Shown here: one piece after another, positions 1 through 13,069 of the stretch
How the letters are laid out: the number at the start of each line of letters is the position of its first letter
Position numbering within the stretch: the stretch's first letter is position 1
Assembly (NCBI GenBank): GCA_964057225.1
Contig: OZ059897.1
Location: forward strand, 6,820,001 to 6,884,000
Source of the DNA: Auanema rhodensis
Lineage: Eukaryota > Animalia > Nematoda
Length of the DNA stretch: 64,000 nucleotides
Direction of reading: 5' to 3'
Notes under the pieces: generated by a model
Database searches by the model: none
Seen by the model: only the letters and a program-made list of their open reading frames with translations
Told to the model about the DNA's origin: nothing
Position numbers and translations under genes: made by a program

Positions 1-1289
1 GGAGAAGTGCGGTAAAACGATCTACGCTAACGCTAAAGTTCTCGAGGCTATTCGTGATCAAGATGTTGAAATAACAGTTTCAGTGCCTAAAGCAAAAGCA
101 AAAGTCGTCGTTCTCGGCAACTCAGGTAATCTTGTTGCATTCTTTTTCTCTCATTTTAACCCGTATTCTCTCTATCTATTGCCAATGTTAGGGGGGGGGC
201 TATAAACGAGAGGGTAGAGACGACACTATTCCTGGAAATAAGACAATTGTGATAGAATATTTCAAGATGACCTAGCACATTGACCAAACATAAGATATAT
301 CTATAATAAGGATCGGCTCATCAATCATTTTTCTGGTTGACCAACAATTTTATGAAATTTTGATTTATTCCTAGCAATCTATGACCAAAAATGACTCTCA
401 CTCTTGTAAAATATTTTTTTTAAATATTCATTATTACAGGAGTTGGAAAGACTTCAATCATATATCGACATCGTTTTGGAGAACGTTCAACTCCATTCAA
501 TGCTACCATCGGTGCTTCTTTCGTGACAACTGATATGTAAGCTGAATGCCAAATATCTGTGAATCCTTCTCATCAGAAATATTTATTACAGAGAAACACC
601 AGGTGAAGAAATGCGTCTTCAAATCTGGGATACTGCTGGGCAGGAGCGGTTCCGTTGCATGGTATGATATCAAGCTCTTTCATGCACAAACTTCATTTTT
701 GTATTTACTTTCAGGTTCCGATGTACATGAGAAATGCAGCTGCAGCAATAATTGTGTTTGACGTCACTAACAGACAATCATTTCTTGATATCGACAAATG
801 GGCTAACGGTAAGAGAAGAGAAATGGGAATAATGCAACTTCAACAACATGTTTTTCAGAATTACAGCGTTGTTGCGGAGATTCTGATCCCGTACTCGTAT
901 TAGTTGGCAATAAGGTAGTTGAAATGCTTGAGTTAAATGATAATCGAGCATGTTTTCAGACTGATTTAGTCGAAAAAAGACAAATTGCTAAAGGAGAAGG
1001 TGTCAACAAAGCTTTGCGTCTTAACGCTAGATATTATGAGATTTCATCTAATAATCATGCTGGTATGTTTTTACCGAATACGCTCAATTCTCAATTGCTG
1101 TTTCTAGTAATTTACATTATTTTTTAAGTTTTCAACGATGTTCTTGAGGATTTGGCGCAGGACGTCCAATCCAGAGGACTAACAAGTGAGCAGCAGCGAG
1201 ACAAGATGATATCACCAAGAATCTCTCCGGAATTGGAAATTATCGGAGATAAACGGGTCAACAAGAGGAGGTGTTGTTCTCTCCTGTAA
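1..1289 (+). CDS. Rab-family small GTPase, divergent; 5' end lies outside the window; 7 exons visible
   Basis: Spliced translation gives KVVVLGNSG|VGKTS (G1), TIGASF (G2), LQIWDTAGQERFRCM|VPMYMRNA (G3) and LVGNK|TD (G4), ending RRCCSLL* (prenylation motif). All introns are GT-AG. Confidence 0.93.
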
Positions 1290-3002
1290 TAGATAATCTA
1301 TCAGATATTATATAATTTTGATTATTTTTCAGTCTTTTCCCTCTTACTTTAACTATTCAATCTGCCCCATCCATGTTATTCCGCTTTCTCTATCTTTCTT
1401 TACACACTCAAACACTTCTCTCTCTCTTTCTCTCTCTCTCTCTGAATTTCTCCCTAAATACCTACCTGCTTAGCTATATTTATATATTTTCTTCTTCTCA
1501 CACCTTTTGAACTATCCATATTCATGTCTTTCGTCTAATACTTTATTAATAACTTTTTTATATTATTTTTTACAAAGATCTCTACCCAAATCAAACTCAC
1601 CTATTCTTCATACACTGTAGCTTTTAATCTGATTTTGTTCATGTTCTTGTATAATTCAACAACTTTCCAAAATTTTCCATCAAGTAAGTTCAGGTATCCC
1701 CCTCAATATGTGATTTTCAAATTATTTTTCTGGTCGAATTCGCCCATTTCTGTCCATAGAACTGCTGAAATGTTGCCAAAATCTATAACTCAGTCTTTCT
1801 TTTCCACAAATACCAAAACCTAAGCGGGGTTATAACTTTTGTTATCTATATATAGTTTTAAGTTTGTTAGATTGTTTTTGTTAACTGATTTGCTCACTAA
1901 CTATACGTATAGCTTGTGAAATATTCGAAGAAACTATTGGAAATATCCTTCTCCAGCTTGTACGTTCGTGTTTAAGCATATCAGCTGTGTCAGAACTCTA
2001 GCTTAGTTTAGAGATAAATCTAGTTTTTCACCTTCTTTACTTCCAGTGTCTACTTATCCGAGTATTTCGTAGTTGTTCATATGATCATTTTCTACAGTAA
2101 GCTTACTTGCTCTGAACAATGAAATTTTGAAAATCCATACATCTTAGCTATTAGTCAGCTATAGCTCATATACATGTTCTTTTAATTTTTATTTATTTTA
2201 CTATAAAACTTTTATTATATGCAACGCTTTTAACTATCTATTATATATTTAAGAGCTCATGAAAACAGAAAAGAAATGTCAAGATATGAAAATATGAGAT
2301 ATTGAGATGAGATCGACTGGCTTTCATTCAAAATTCAAAATCTTAACATGAAGGTTCACGGATTGGATAGGTAGTTGTGTGCACGACGATGAAAAGCCGT
2401 GTTAGTTGATGTCAATAGCCACTCGAGGTTCAGCATGAATGAGGACAAACAACCTGAACATCTGACCTTTATAATCCTCAAGTTTCATTGGTTCATTTGC
2501 ATAGCTTCGTGAAGAAAAATGCTTCTTTTTCTTTGATTTGTTGTTCTGCCCCAGAAACCTATTTTTAAATTTAACAACTGTTTCCCTATTCCTATGGCAT
2601 AACTAGAAACCATCTGTATAAGTTGTTTCAAATCATGCTGATTGGATGAACTAGCTATTGTAATCCAAAAAGTTAGATTTATAAACATGCGTATGTACAT
2701 TTACCTTTTTCGGAATAGTTCTACCTAAAGATATTTCTGCATAACCTGTAGTAAATCCACTTGTTTCTGGTTGGTAGGGAAGTTACTACCTAGGGGTACA
2801 TCAAGATAATTACATAGGATGGCTAACATAACCGGTTATTCCAGACTACTTTAACAAACTTTTTGAAAAATGACCAGAGAAAGCTTCTTTGAACTACTCT
2901 TGTATTCTTTACTTCCAATTTTTTTCTTTGTTTTTTTATCAATATCCTATTAAGAATGAAGGCATTTTTAGCGATTATCTTTACACTTTCTATGCAATTG
3001 AC

Positions 3003-5361
3003 ATGAAGTTTTATTATATAATATTATTAGAATTATGCTTAGCTAATCAATTTTTGGATATACAGGTAAACAAGAAGTTTATTTTGATACAAAACTTAAT
3101 AAGTAACTTCTATTCAGCTTGTTCCTGATTGTGATGAAGAGTTTGGAGCAACTGCAATGTCTCTGTTAAGATCTCATATACCTGACCTCGTGCGATTGGA
3201 GCGCATTAATGCTATTTTATCCTCTTGGTATTGTTTGATTTACATATTTTTCTACAATAATATTATTGTTTATTTCAGTAATAAAGCTATGATTCAGAAA
3301 CTAACTGAAGTTTCCATATTTCTTATGCAAAAAGATGGATTTGATGCCAAACTATTTGAGAGCTTGACCAAGCTGTCCCATGCTGCTTTAGAACAAAAAG
3401 CCAGACAGCTTCAACAAAAGACCTACCAAGCTCCAGATAGTGTTAGACATGTGATAGATTTTATAATTATATTTTTAGTACATTAACTTCAATTTAGATA
3501 ATGAATCAAATAGTTTCTATAAATTTAAATAAATCACTTAGTGGAAATGAGAAGATCTCTTGGATCACTACATCATTAATTGATTTACAGCCTGAACAGA
3601 AGAAAACAATTCAAAGGCTTCTTAATCAAGACATTTTGGTAATTTTGCTATACAAAGATGCCAAATATATTTTTCTTTTGTTTTTTAATAACAGATTTCA
3701 ACAACACCTAGTCCGATCAAGCCGATTATTCGCCCAAGCTTTCCAATCAAAGCTAATTCATCAGAGGAAGAGGATCTAGGAAAACCATCAGCTGTTCGTT
3801 TTGTATATATTTTTTTCTGATGGCCATACTACAAGTGATTAATGATAGATTGTATACTGATTTACGTATTATATATCTTTTTTTTTCAAATCTTGAAGCT
3901 TTACTCAAACCCCTCAAACCCTTTGAACTACTAGCCAATCATTCATTCAAAAATTCGTTACAGATTCATCCAGACGTACCGCCATCTTTCGAAATCAAAA
4001 AGGATACTGATGCTGCTGAAATTGTTTTTGCTACTGCTACCAGAATTCCACCTCGCAACGAAAATACTTCTGAAAGTAAGAAAAATATTATTATGAGGAG
4101 AATAAATTTATTTATTTAATTATAGTGCCAACCAAAAAAGATAGTCCTTTATATGGTGTTTCTAATCAACATATGATACTTCCAACATTGTACAACAAAA
4201 ATGATCCTGGTAGTAGATATATCGACTTAATGACTAAGGTTAATTATAATTAGCATATGCATATTTCACTTATTATTTTTCACGTAACTGCTCAGCCATA
4301 TAGTTCATTTCCATATTAACAATTATAAGAATCGGTTGCATTACCTAATCTATTCATATCATTTTATTCATTTTTATTACTTCTAGAATTCGAAGAATGT
4401 AGAAGAATCTGCAACTTCCCATATGGGAAATTTTGGTACTCCTATACAACCAATTGTACATTCTCAAGGAAGACCACTAACGGTTGGAACATCAATACAA
4501 TCAAAAGTAAACATAGTAAAACAATATAGTATATCAATGATTTTTTATTAAGACGGTTGAAACTGAGTTGCTTAAAGCGAGAAATATGTTATGGAGGGAT
4601 GCTGTTGATTTCTTAGACAGAACTGATGGAATTCCCGATGTATTAAAGAAATTGATTCATACCAGCTTTGTACCTAATGGCGTTCCTGCAGAGTCACAAC
4701 CAATGAACAAGTAAATATTATACATTGTCTTCAATATTAGAAATTATTATTTACAGCCAATCACCTTCGAATACTTTTCCACTTCCATCAGCCGCGTACG
4801 AACAAATAAGAAAATTAAGAGGTAATTCTCTTTTCAAACAAGTATTAGATTAACTTTTTTTTTGCAGAAAGTGATCAAGAAGCAGCGAATCAAAATGCTT
4901 TCCTGCCATCATCTGATGATCCAGGATCTATAGTTCCAGTTAATACATATAAGTCTCTTGATCGCTTTGACACACAAGTTGGTCGTTTTGATAATTCCGG
5001 TCCTTCCAATAGGTAATTTCTCAACATTATAGTAGATTAATCATGAATTGTTCAAGAATTGTACTATCAGCATCACCAGCTCAGCACATTCCTGCTCTTC
5101 CCATGCAAGGCATGGAAATAAATCAAGAACAAACGATATCAAATAAACATCTTCTGCCAACTATAGCCCCACAAACTCCAACTGATCAGATGAAAACCTA
5201 TCCCAATTACAGGTTTTATCATATCAATTCTAATGAGACATTAAACTTATGTTTAGAGAAGGCTTGTTCCCTTTACATGAAAACCATGCCCGACCTACTT
5301 CTCCACAATCTAGAACTATTATTCCAAGAGAGGGTGGGGAAGTACACGCCGATATAAATGA
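3003..5361 (+). CDS. Multi-exon, probably secreted protein of unknown family, with a helical N-terminal part and a Pro/Ser/Thr-rich C-terminal part; 3' end uncertain (may extend to about 5960)
   Basis: Signal-peptide-like MKFYYIILLELCLA. Successive phase-compatible exons with short GT-AG introns (LVPDCDEEFGATAMSLLRSHIPDL..., NKAMIQKLTEV..., IMNQIVSINL...). First in-frame stop after the last clear acceptor is TGA at 5359-5361. Confidence 0.7.
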
Positions 5362-6375
5362 TCAAGTAAATGGAAAGGGCAAAGGCTTGTTGATAAAAAT
5401 TCTAAAAACAATAATAATATGAGTATAGGAATGATAATAACGGATCCTGCTCAATACGCCAACGGAGGTACAGTTGTGTTAGAAAATTTCCCCGGTCAAC
5501 CATATAGTACACAACCCAAACCGAAACAAACGATAGGTGACGATTTATCCGAATCTGATCCGATTGGTTCATTACCAATGGGCAGGTGGGCAAACAAATC
5601 TTTTGAATTTTTAAATAAACTATCAAACTCTAGGTCGGACAAAGAATTTCCACGCTATCCACCACCACCCCCATTAGTTTTACCAACCACAACAGTTATA
5701 TCAAGTTAGTACATCAATGATAGGTTCAGAACCTGATGTATCTGGTTTCAGTTATTCAACCAACTAGGCATACAGAGAGTACAGGAGGCATTGATCGTAG
5801 ATTCCCTTATTTTCCAAACATAGGTTTTACTTTCAAATCAATAATGTTAGAAACGATAAGAGTTTTCAGACACGCCAATGAATACAATTCCCGACTTTCG
5901 CCCTTACCGAGGTCCAGAAGAAATTACTGGAAGCCACATAATGCTTCGAGAAATATATAACGTAAAGCATCATGGACAAAACAAATTCGTCAAAATTGAT
6001 TTACTTAATGAATAAATATACTACATTTGTATTTACAAAATGTTGGGTCTATGTCGACTGGTACCTGTACCAAATGTGAAAACACTGGGCTCCTCTGTAG
6101 TACTAAACCGTGAAATTCTAGAGTTAGGGGTAGCTCGGATTGTAGCTGTGTAAGGGGTTGAAGCTGAAGAGCAAATCGATGAGTATAAATATTACTTCGA
6201 CAAGATGAAATAATGTTTGGCAAAAAATTTGCAATATATAGCGTGGACATTACATGAACACAAATACTTAAAGCTAGGTTAATATTTCGAGATCTAACAT
6301 ATCGAGCTCTACTTTGACAATGGTAAAGTGGTAGCAACATGAACAATGTACAGAATGACTATGACAATTTTGAAA

Positions 6376-7033
6376 CTAACAGCAATCTGAATCAACTCCA
6401 CTCAATAAAGGAGTCCCAGTGAAGAGAAAATATCCTAAGGCTTCTCCGACAACTACACTGAGAATCAGATTCCCATTAAAAGTCATAACGATCAACATAA
6501 GAACATAAGCAAGTAACGCCTAAATGAAATCAACTGAATGAAAAATAAACATTTTCTATTCAAACTCACTTGTAACCCATATAAAACAGCTTGAAAGACT
6601 CTAAACTTTGAAAATAATCGTTTTGTATATCTGTAAAGCATTATCAGGTGAAAATAATTTCAATTTTTCTTACCCTTGTAACAATGGAGAGAACATAGCA
6701 CTATCTGTTGAAGCTGTTTCAGCCATAGAAGAATTTGAACGAATCGCAGATTGTTCTCTCCTTGCCTGAAACAATAAAAATAATTAACACTATTATATAG
6801 ATAAAAATAACCTTATTATGCGAAACAGCAAGAATTACCCGGAAACCTTTCAAGGCTTCGTACAATAAGCAAAGTAAACAAGTAATAACCATTGAAGCAG
6901 TCATTCCTATAAAGATAATTAATTGAAAACCACTAAAGGATATAAATGTTTTACCCCAGAAAGATCCTGTCTTCCAAAATCGAAATAAAATAATTTCATG
7001 TTCTCCAAAATGTATAATCATATTCATATCCAT
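6376..7033 (-). CDS. Ctr/SLC31-family copper transporter, 5 exons
   Basis: Met-rich N-terminus MDMNMIIHFGEHEIILFRFWKT; TM1 ...LLYEALK; TM2 with the MxxxM motif (YVLMLIVMTFN); TM3 with GxxxG (GEALGYFLF); C-terminal DCC*. Confidence 0.93.
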
Positions 7034-7694
7034 TATGCTGTGTTAACTAAAAGAAACGTATGCACTAAAACTATAAAAATAAAAAGAAAATCAAGCACAT
7101 GAATAGGAATATATCAAAGAGTGCATAAAAACTACTATGTTTCTTTACACGCGCAGGCTGTTACTTTTCCCGCTGTAAAGTGTACAACATGCGTAAGAGT
7201 TTTTACCTAGACGTCATTGAAAAATGTTTTTAAATATTTTTTAAGTGCTGATTGAAATGTTAATGATTGATGGTTCTGTATAGTTAAATATGATAGTTTT
7301 CATTATGAAAAATATAACTTCTCCATATTAACAAAGGAAATCTTTTATGTTTAGGGTTATGCCAAATCATATTGGATATTAAGCAGAGTAAAGCCAAGTT
7401 CCCCAGATCTCCCATTTATCGTTATATTTATCTCTGTAGTGTGCTTCACTCTTGTTTTTTTTTATAAAATATTTAAACATATATCCCATATTCGCTAATA
7501 ATGACACTAGAGCAGCGAACCGGGTTAAACTAATTCTTGAATGAACAAGCATTTTAGTCCACACGCCAGGTGTTCTTGAAACGACGCCGTAATTTTCTAA
7601 GATTTTCTTTAACTGTTCTTGACAGATTTTCTTTTCAGGATTTCTCAAAATTTTATTTCGTCTATAGACCTTATTCATTTCAATTCTTTTTAGA

Positions 7695-9605
7695 ATGTCT
7701 GATAAAGAAGAACAAAAGAATGAAGAAAGTTCTGATACTGTAGTAAACGATTCCTCCAAAAAAAGAAAGCTAAATGAAACTCAACCTGTAAACATACCCT
7801 CTACTTCGCAAGAAGCTGCTCAAATACCTCTTTGGGTTGCTGGTTAGACTTGATTCTTGTTTTATTTTTATTGTATTCTTTGCAGGAGGATCACCTGCTA
7901 AATTTTGTACTCAAAATGAGTTACTCAATATGTCTAAAGAACTGGAAAACCTGGCTCTTGTTCATGAAATAGCTATAGATCCTTCATTTTCAATTCCTGA
8001 AACACCGCAAGATCCTATAAGAAACGCGGTTCAGTATGGTTTTATTTCTAAGGCTCGTTTAAATGTTTATAATTCAGAGACTCCATGAGACGAGCCTTTT
8101 GGGATTTATTACGCGATGATTTAGCCAAAACACCTCCAACATTTGTACATGCTTTTAATTTATTACTTGAAATCAAACAGGTGAGGAATTTCCATTTATT
8201 TCATAATTTATCCCCACATATGTAGATTATATTGTCCGATATATTGACTGAACAACATGTAAGATTAAAGTCGGAAATTGAAATACAATTGAATGAAGGT
8301 TAGAATATTGCTTAACATAGTTTTAATAATCTAGTCTAGATAATCTTCGAAATAAGATGGAACAGGAATGTCTTCTCATTGAACCTATTGCTCAATTTAT
8401 CTTAGAATTTTTAAGTCGTTTATGTTCGCCTGCTCGCGACACAACAATTGAAGCTTTAAGAAAAGAAACAGGAATTGTAGAACTGTTGAGGTATGTTGCT
8501 AATAGAGTTATTTTTACCTAGTTGCTTGTAGGGGTATTATGGAACTATTGGATGTTATGAAAATTGATATGGCTAATTACACCATATCAGTTAATAGAGC
8601 AGCTGTTGAGCAACATAGTGAAAAGTTGGAATTTGATGTTTTCATGAAGATGTTGGAAAAAGCTCCAGGTTTTACACATGGTTTTTTTTGTTTATATCAA
8701 AATCATCTAGATGGCGCTGAACTAACTAAAAAATGGATTGGCAACGCTTTCAAGGAAGTGTTTCCTCCAGAGCCTGATGTTGCTGAAGGCGCAGCTAAAA
8801 GAGAACGAGTTGAAAATGATGATACTGATGAGCTTACGAAGACTACAAGTAATGGCTATGTAACGTAAGTGATGTGGTTGATATATTGATTAGAAACTAA
8901 TTCAATTACAGTTTGATAACCACTGAACATCCATCTCCTTTCCCAGAAACTTTAGCTATTGATAAAAGTCGGCTGAGAGGTTTGGCCGAAAAATATCTAC
9001 AAGTTGCTATTGTAACAACATCTATATTCGTTACTTGCAATATTGCCGGAAAAGATGTTTCCCAAAGTGAAGGATTTAAGCAACAACTCAAATCGAAATT
9101 AGTTATAATAACTAACGATATAGAAGAGAGGTTTCGAATATATTTATCTTCTTTTTGGGCAAAATAGAATTTTAGTACTTTGGGTGATTCCATTGACGCT
9201 ATAGCCGAACAGTGTGTTAAAGAAGTCAAAGAACAAACAGGTAAATTAGGACAAGAGTTTCTTCCTGAACACGAGCAAACTCTACGTGCTCAGTTGAAAT
9301 CTATTAAAGATACTGATCAATCTGTTCGAAAGCTAGTCGGTATGTGTTCACTTTTTATATGATCAAATGTAACTTTCTTTTTTCCAGAAACAAGAATACG
9401 GACTTTTATTGAAGGTGTTCTCCGTGCTCCAACTGCTCCTCAAAGACTTCTACCTGGTCTCTCTGTTGTGCAATCTGAATTATATGCATTTATTTCTAAA
9501 TTCTTGAGAATTTGCTTACATAATAGAAAAACATTTAACAGCTTTTATGCGAAATTGCTGGACGAAGTTAAAAATGACAGGTCTTCTGGTGCTACCTCTG
9601 CCTAA
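7695..9605 (+). CDS. TCP11/TCP11L (T-complex 11 / Sok1 family) protein
   Basis: Family motifs LALVHEIAIDPSF, MRRAFWDLLRDDL, LCSPARD, IMELLDVMKIDMANYTI and CLHNRKTF across about 9 exons. TTTTAG trans-splice-like acceptor lies 1 nt before the ATG; AATAAA near 9685. Confidence 0.9.
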
Positions 9606-10094
9606 TAATCTGCCAAGCAGTTCATATCACCTAATAATCTGCTTAGCAGTTTCATATCTACCTCAATTATTTATTACATACATTAATAAACTCATTTTAT
9701 TTTTGTTTTGTTTTTGATTTGATATCGTTTACAACGATGTGATATATAAATTTTTATTATGGTGCTAGTGTACAGTATTCCTAACTTTATTTTTGTTCCA
9801 AACATAATTTTTATCTATTGGACAGTTTTTCTAAATTCAAGTTGTGATATCATTGTAATAATTGTTTTTAAAGATATCAAGGCAAAAATTCTGCTTAAGT
9901 TAGAATATAATGTTCAACTTCGAACACCTTTTGAAAACAAAACAAAATAAAGTTTAAGATGGGCATGGTTTTCTAAAAATTTAAGTATTTAAAGCTTAGA
10001 GTTTCCGAAAATTAGACTATATACCGATTCCTAAATTTATTACTTGTCATATTTCTTTGAAACTATTTATGCATGTTCACATATTTATGCTCAG

Positions 10095-10500
10095 ATGTCT
10101 GCCCCCCGTCATCCAAATGCCGTTGTTATCAACCCTCCCACCCAGACTGTAAGTCCTCTGATCAGATTCGGAAGGTTTGTTTAACGTAGCCATTTTTGGA
10201 TTGATTTTCGCTTCCAGATACACTGCCCTTGGTCTTGGAGTTGCTTATGGATTCATTCGTCTTCGTCAGATCCGTGAATATCACGCTGATATTAGAGAGT
10301 GGGAGCACGAGAAGGCTGTTGCTAAAGCTGCTGAAGCTGCCCAACAGAAGAAATGGTTAGCCAAGGAAGAAATGAAATACCTTATGAAGGTTTGTTCAAA
10401 TCATATAGAGTTATATATGTTTCAAATGTCTTAGGTCGTCAATATTCCATTCGAAGAAGGAGTAGCTCAATTTGGAGTTGAGGAACTCTACCGCGAATAA
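10095..10500 (+). CDS. Mitochondrial ATP synthase Fo subunit e (ATP5ME/ATP5I family), 3 exons
   Basis: VSPLIRFGR|YTALGLGVAYG matches the subunit-e N-terminal signature (VSPLIK..RYSAL..G..YG) and is followed by a coiled-coil-like helix. Confidence 0.92.
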
Positions 10501-10613
10501 ATTTTGTCAATTAGTAGCTTTAGAGTATGTTGTAATTTTAGATAAATAGATAGATTTATTACTAAATATTTTGTGACATGCTATGTACGAGGAAGATAAG
10601 TACAAATTTATAA

Positions 10614-13069
10614 TTACAATTTAGACTTCATGGCCTTTTCTTTCAACAGTCTTCTTAAAATTTTTCCGGCTGCTGATTTAGGAATCTCAGTTAAAAATTC
10701 TACTCCACCTGCAAGCTGTTTGTAATGAGATACTTTGCCTAAAAAAAAATAATTAAATTTCAATTCATGCTTTTTGGTGTTACTTTTTACAAAATCTTTA
10801 ACTTCTTGTTCGGTAAGTTTATCATCGGCTCTAACAACGAAAGCTCGTGGCAGCTCTCCAGCCTTGGCATCAGGAATACCAATAACAGCAGCATCTCTGA
10901 TACGGGGATGGGATAAAAGTAAATCTTCAAGCTCGGCAGGAGCAACCTGTTATTTATTTTCATTTTAAAAGACCATATTAAGAAAATACTCACTTGAAGT
11001 CCCTTAACTTTAATTAATTCTTTAAGTCTATCAACAATGAAAAGATTTCCTTCCTTATCTACGTAACCAATATCTCCTGGAAATATCAACATTTAAAATG
11101 ATTTAAAGAAGTTTGCAAACCTGTATGGAGCCATCCGTCAATCACAGTGCTATTAGTAGCATCTGGTCTTCCTAAGTATCCAGCCATAACAGTTGGTCCA
11201 CGAATACAGATCTCTCCACGATCTCCTAGCTTGACTTCTTTTTGAGTTTCGACGTTAGTAATCTAAGATTTGAGTTGTTATTTCAAATCGAAAAAATAAT
11301 TTCTTACTCTCATTTCGAGATTAGAAGCTAACTTTCCGACACTACCGAATGGTTGGCCAGATGTGAGATCAGGGATATGAGAAGCCATAGAGCTTTCAGT
11401 CATACCGTACCCTTGTTGAATATACTTGATGTTCTTATATCTATTAGATAATTCTTCACAAATATCACGTCCAGCTGGAGCAGCTCCACAAATGACCAAT
11501 TCAACAGAGGAGAGATCAAATTTATCGCAAATAGGATGCTTAGCAAGGAAGACCATAATAGGTGGTACCAATGGAAGCATTCTGATCTGCAAGTTTTGTC
11601 TAGTTTATACCAATAGTTCTATGTTTGCTTACTTTATGATTCTGAATAGCATTACAGAAAGATTGAGGCTCAAACTGACTAAGAATAATTCCAGTACTAC
11701 CTTTCATAAGATTCACTGTGAGTAATCCTGTAAAATTACAATATTTCTGTTTGTAGAGTAAGAAATACATACCAAATCCATATACATGATAGAATGGCAA
11801 TAAGAGGATGAAAGATTCTTTCTCGTAATCCCAATCCTTATCCAATACATGACAGTTGTATTTAGTATCATGGCTTAAAAGTTTAAATTCTATTTCAACA
11901 AAAGAAGAATGGAATTTTAAATTTATAGTTATCAGAGAACAAAAATGAAAGGGACAGATAACGATAGGCAAAAAGATCAGTAAGATGAACAGCGGGTTTG
12001 AAAAGATGAAAATGTCAACATTTTCGCGTTTTCCCTCTTATATAGTTGTCAAAGTAACTGTACCATACTAGATTTCAAAATAGAAAGAGGTGATTTTTTT
12101 TCCAAAGGATATCTCACCCTCGGAGCAGCTTGGGTTTTCGCTCTTTACTTTTTAACGTTTTTGAAAAATGACTTACGATGTGTAAATGTGAAGCATCATA
12201 GAATAGTTGAAATGAGTAAGCATAACTCCCTTTGGTGGTCCAGTGGTTCCACTGTAATTATTGTTGTAACAAATAATCAAGCATGAATATTTTTTTTACC
12301 TAGAATATGGAAGCATAACTAAATCCTCCTTGATGTTCAAGTCAGGCTTTGGCAAATTGGGATCAGCTGGAGTTTGAATGATGGAGCTAAAGTTCAAAAC
12401 CTCTGGTGGAAGAACAGAGTTAGCGGATTTTGGAATGGCAATAATGATCTTAAAGAGATATTCTCATTTTGATTATAATATGAGCTATTACTTTGACTGT
12501 CTCGCTTTCTTTAGCAGCCTTGATAACTTTGGGAAGAAAATCTTCAGTTGTAATCACAGCTTTAGCTTTTGAGTCAGAAAACTGACGCTGAAGTTCATCT
12601 GAAAACAAACATATCAGGTTTTTTTATCCTGTACATTCATTCATACAATCAGTGAACAAGGCACTGGCTCCAGATACAACTCCTCCAGCACGCGTAACTC
12701 CCAAGAATCCTACAGCATATTGCCACATATTTGGAAGAACAAAGCAACACACATCTTTCTTCTAAATGATACATTAGCTATTTAGAGGAAAGCTGAGAAC
12801 AAACCCCGAATCCTCTTTGATGAAGATAAGTGGCTACTGAGTGAGTGTAATCATAGAGTTGTTGATAGGTAAGTTTGTCATTAGGGTTATGACCGTTAAT
12901 CTGAATTAATGAACATATGTTAGAAGAGGTGGGATCAGAAGATGTTTGGACTTACGAAAGCAATCTTGTTCTTTCCTTCATCAGCATGTCTCTTAATTTT
13001 GTTCAATACTATTTCGTGGAATGGAATAGTTGTATCCGGAACAGAGGCATAAGGTGACTTTATGACCAT
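10614..13069 (-). CDS. 4-coumarate-CoA-ligase/luciferase-like acyl-CoA synthetase with C-terminal PTS1 (SKL); C. elegans acs-14/acs-7-like group
   Basis: AMP-binding P-loop PYSS|[13 protein letters not shown], plus [22 protein letters not shown]|[20 protein letters not shown] and [11 protein letters not shown]; ends KAMKSKL*. Confidence 0.95.

Noticed and set aside
1601-2700. Minus-strand pseudogene between the Rab and the secreted gene
   Set aside because: Protein-like stretches appear in more than one frame and stop density is about what AT-rich random sequence gives; no recognisable family.
7379-7759. 126-aa minus-strand ORF and other antisense ORFs (8906-9229, 10162-10344, 11426-11725, 20997-21233, 21672-21911)
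   Set aside because: These are shadows of real genes on the opposite strand or promoter DNA.
9605-10095. TCP11-like and ATP synthase e as an SL2 operon
   Set aside because: About 400 nt separate the poly(A) signal from the next acceptor, longer than the typical 100 nt or so; it cannot be supported without SL2 data.
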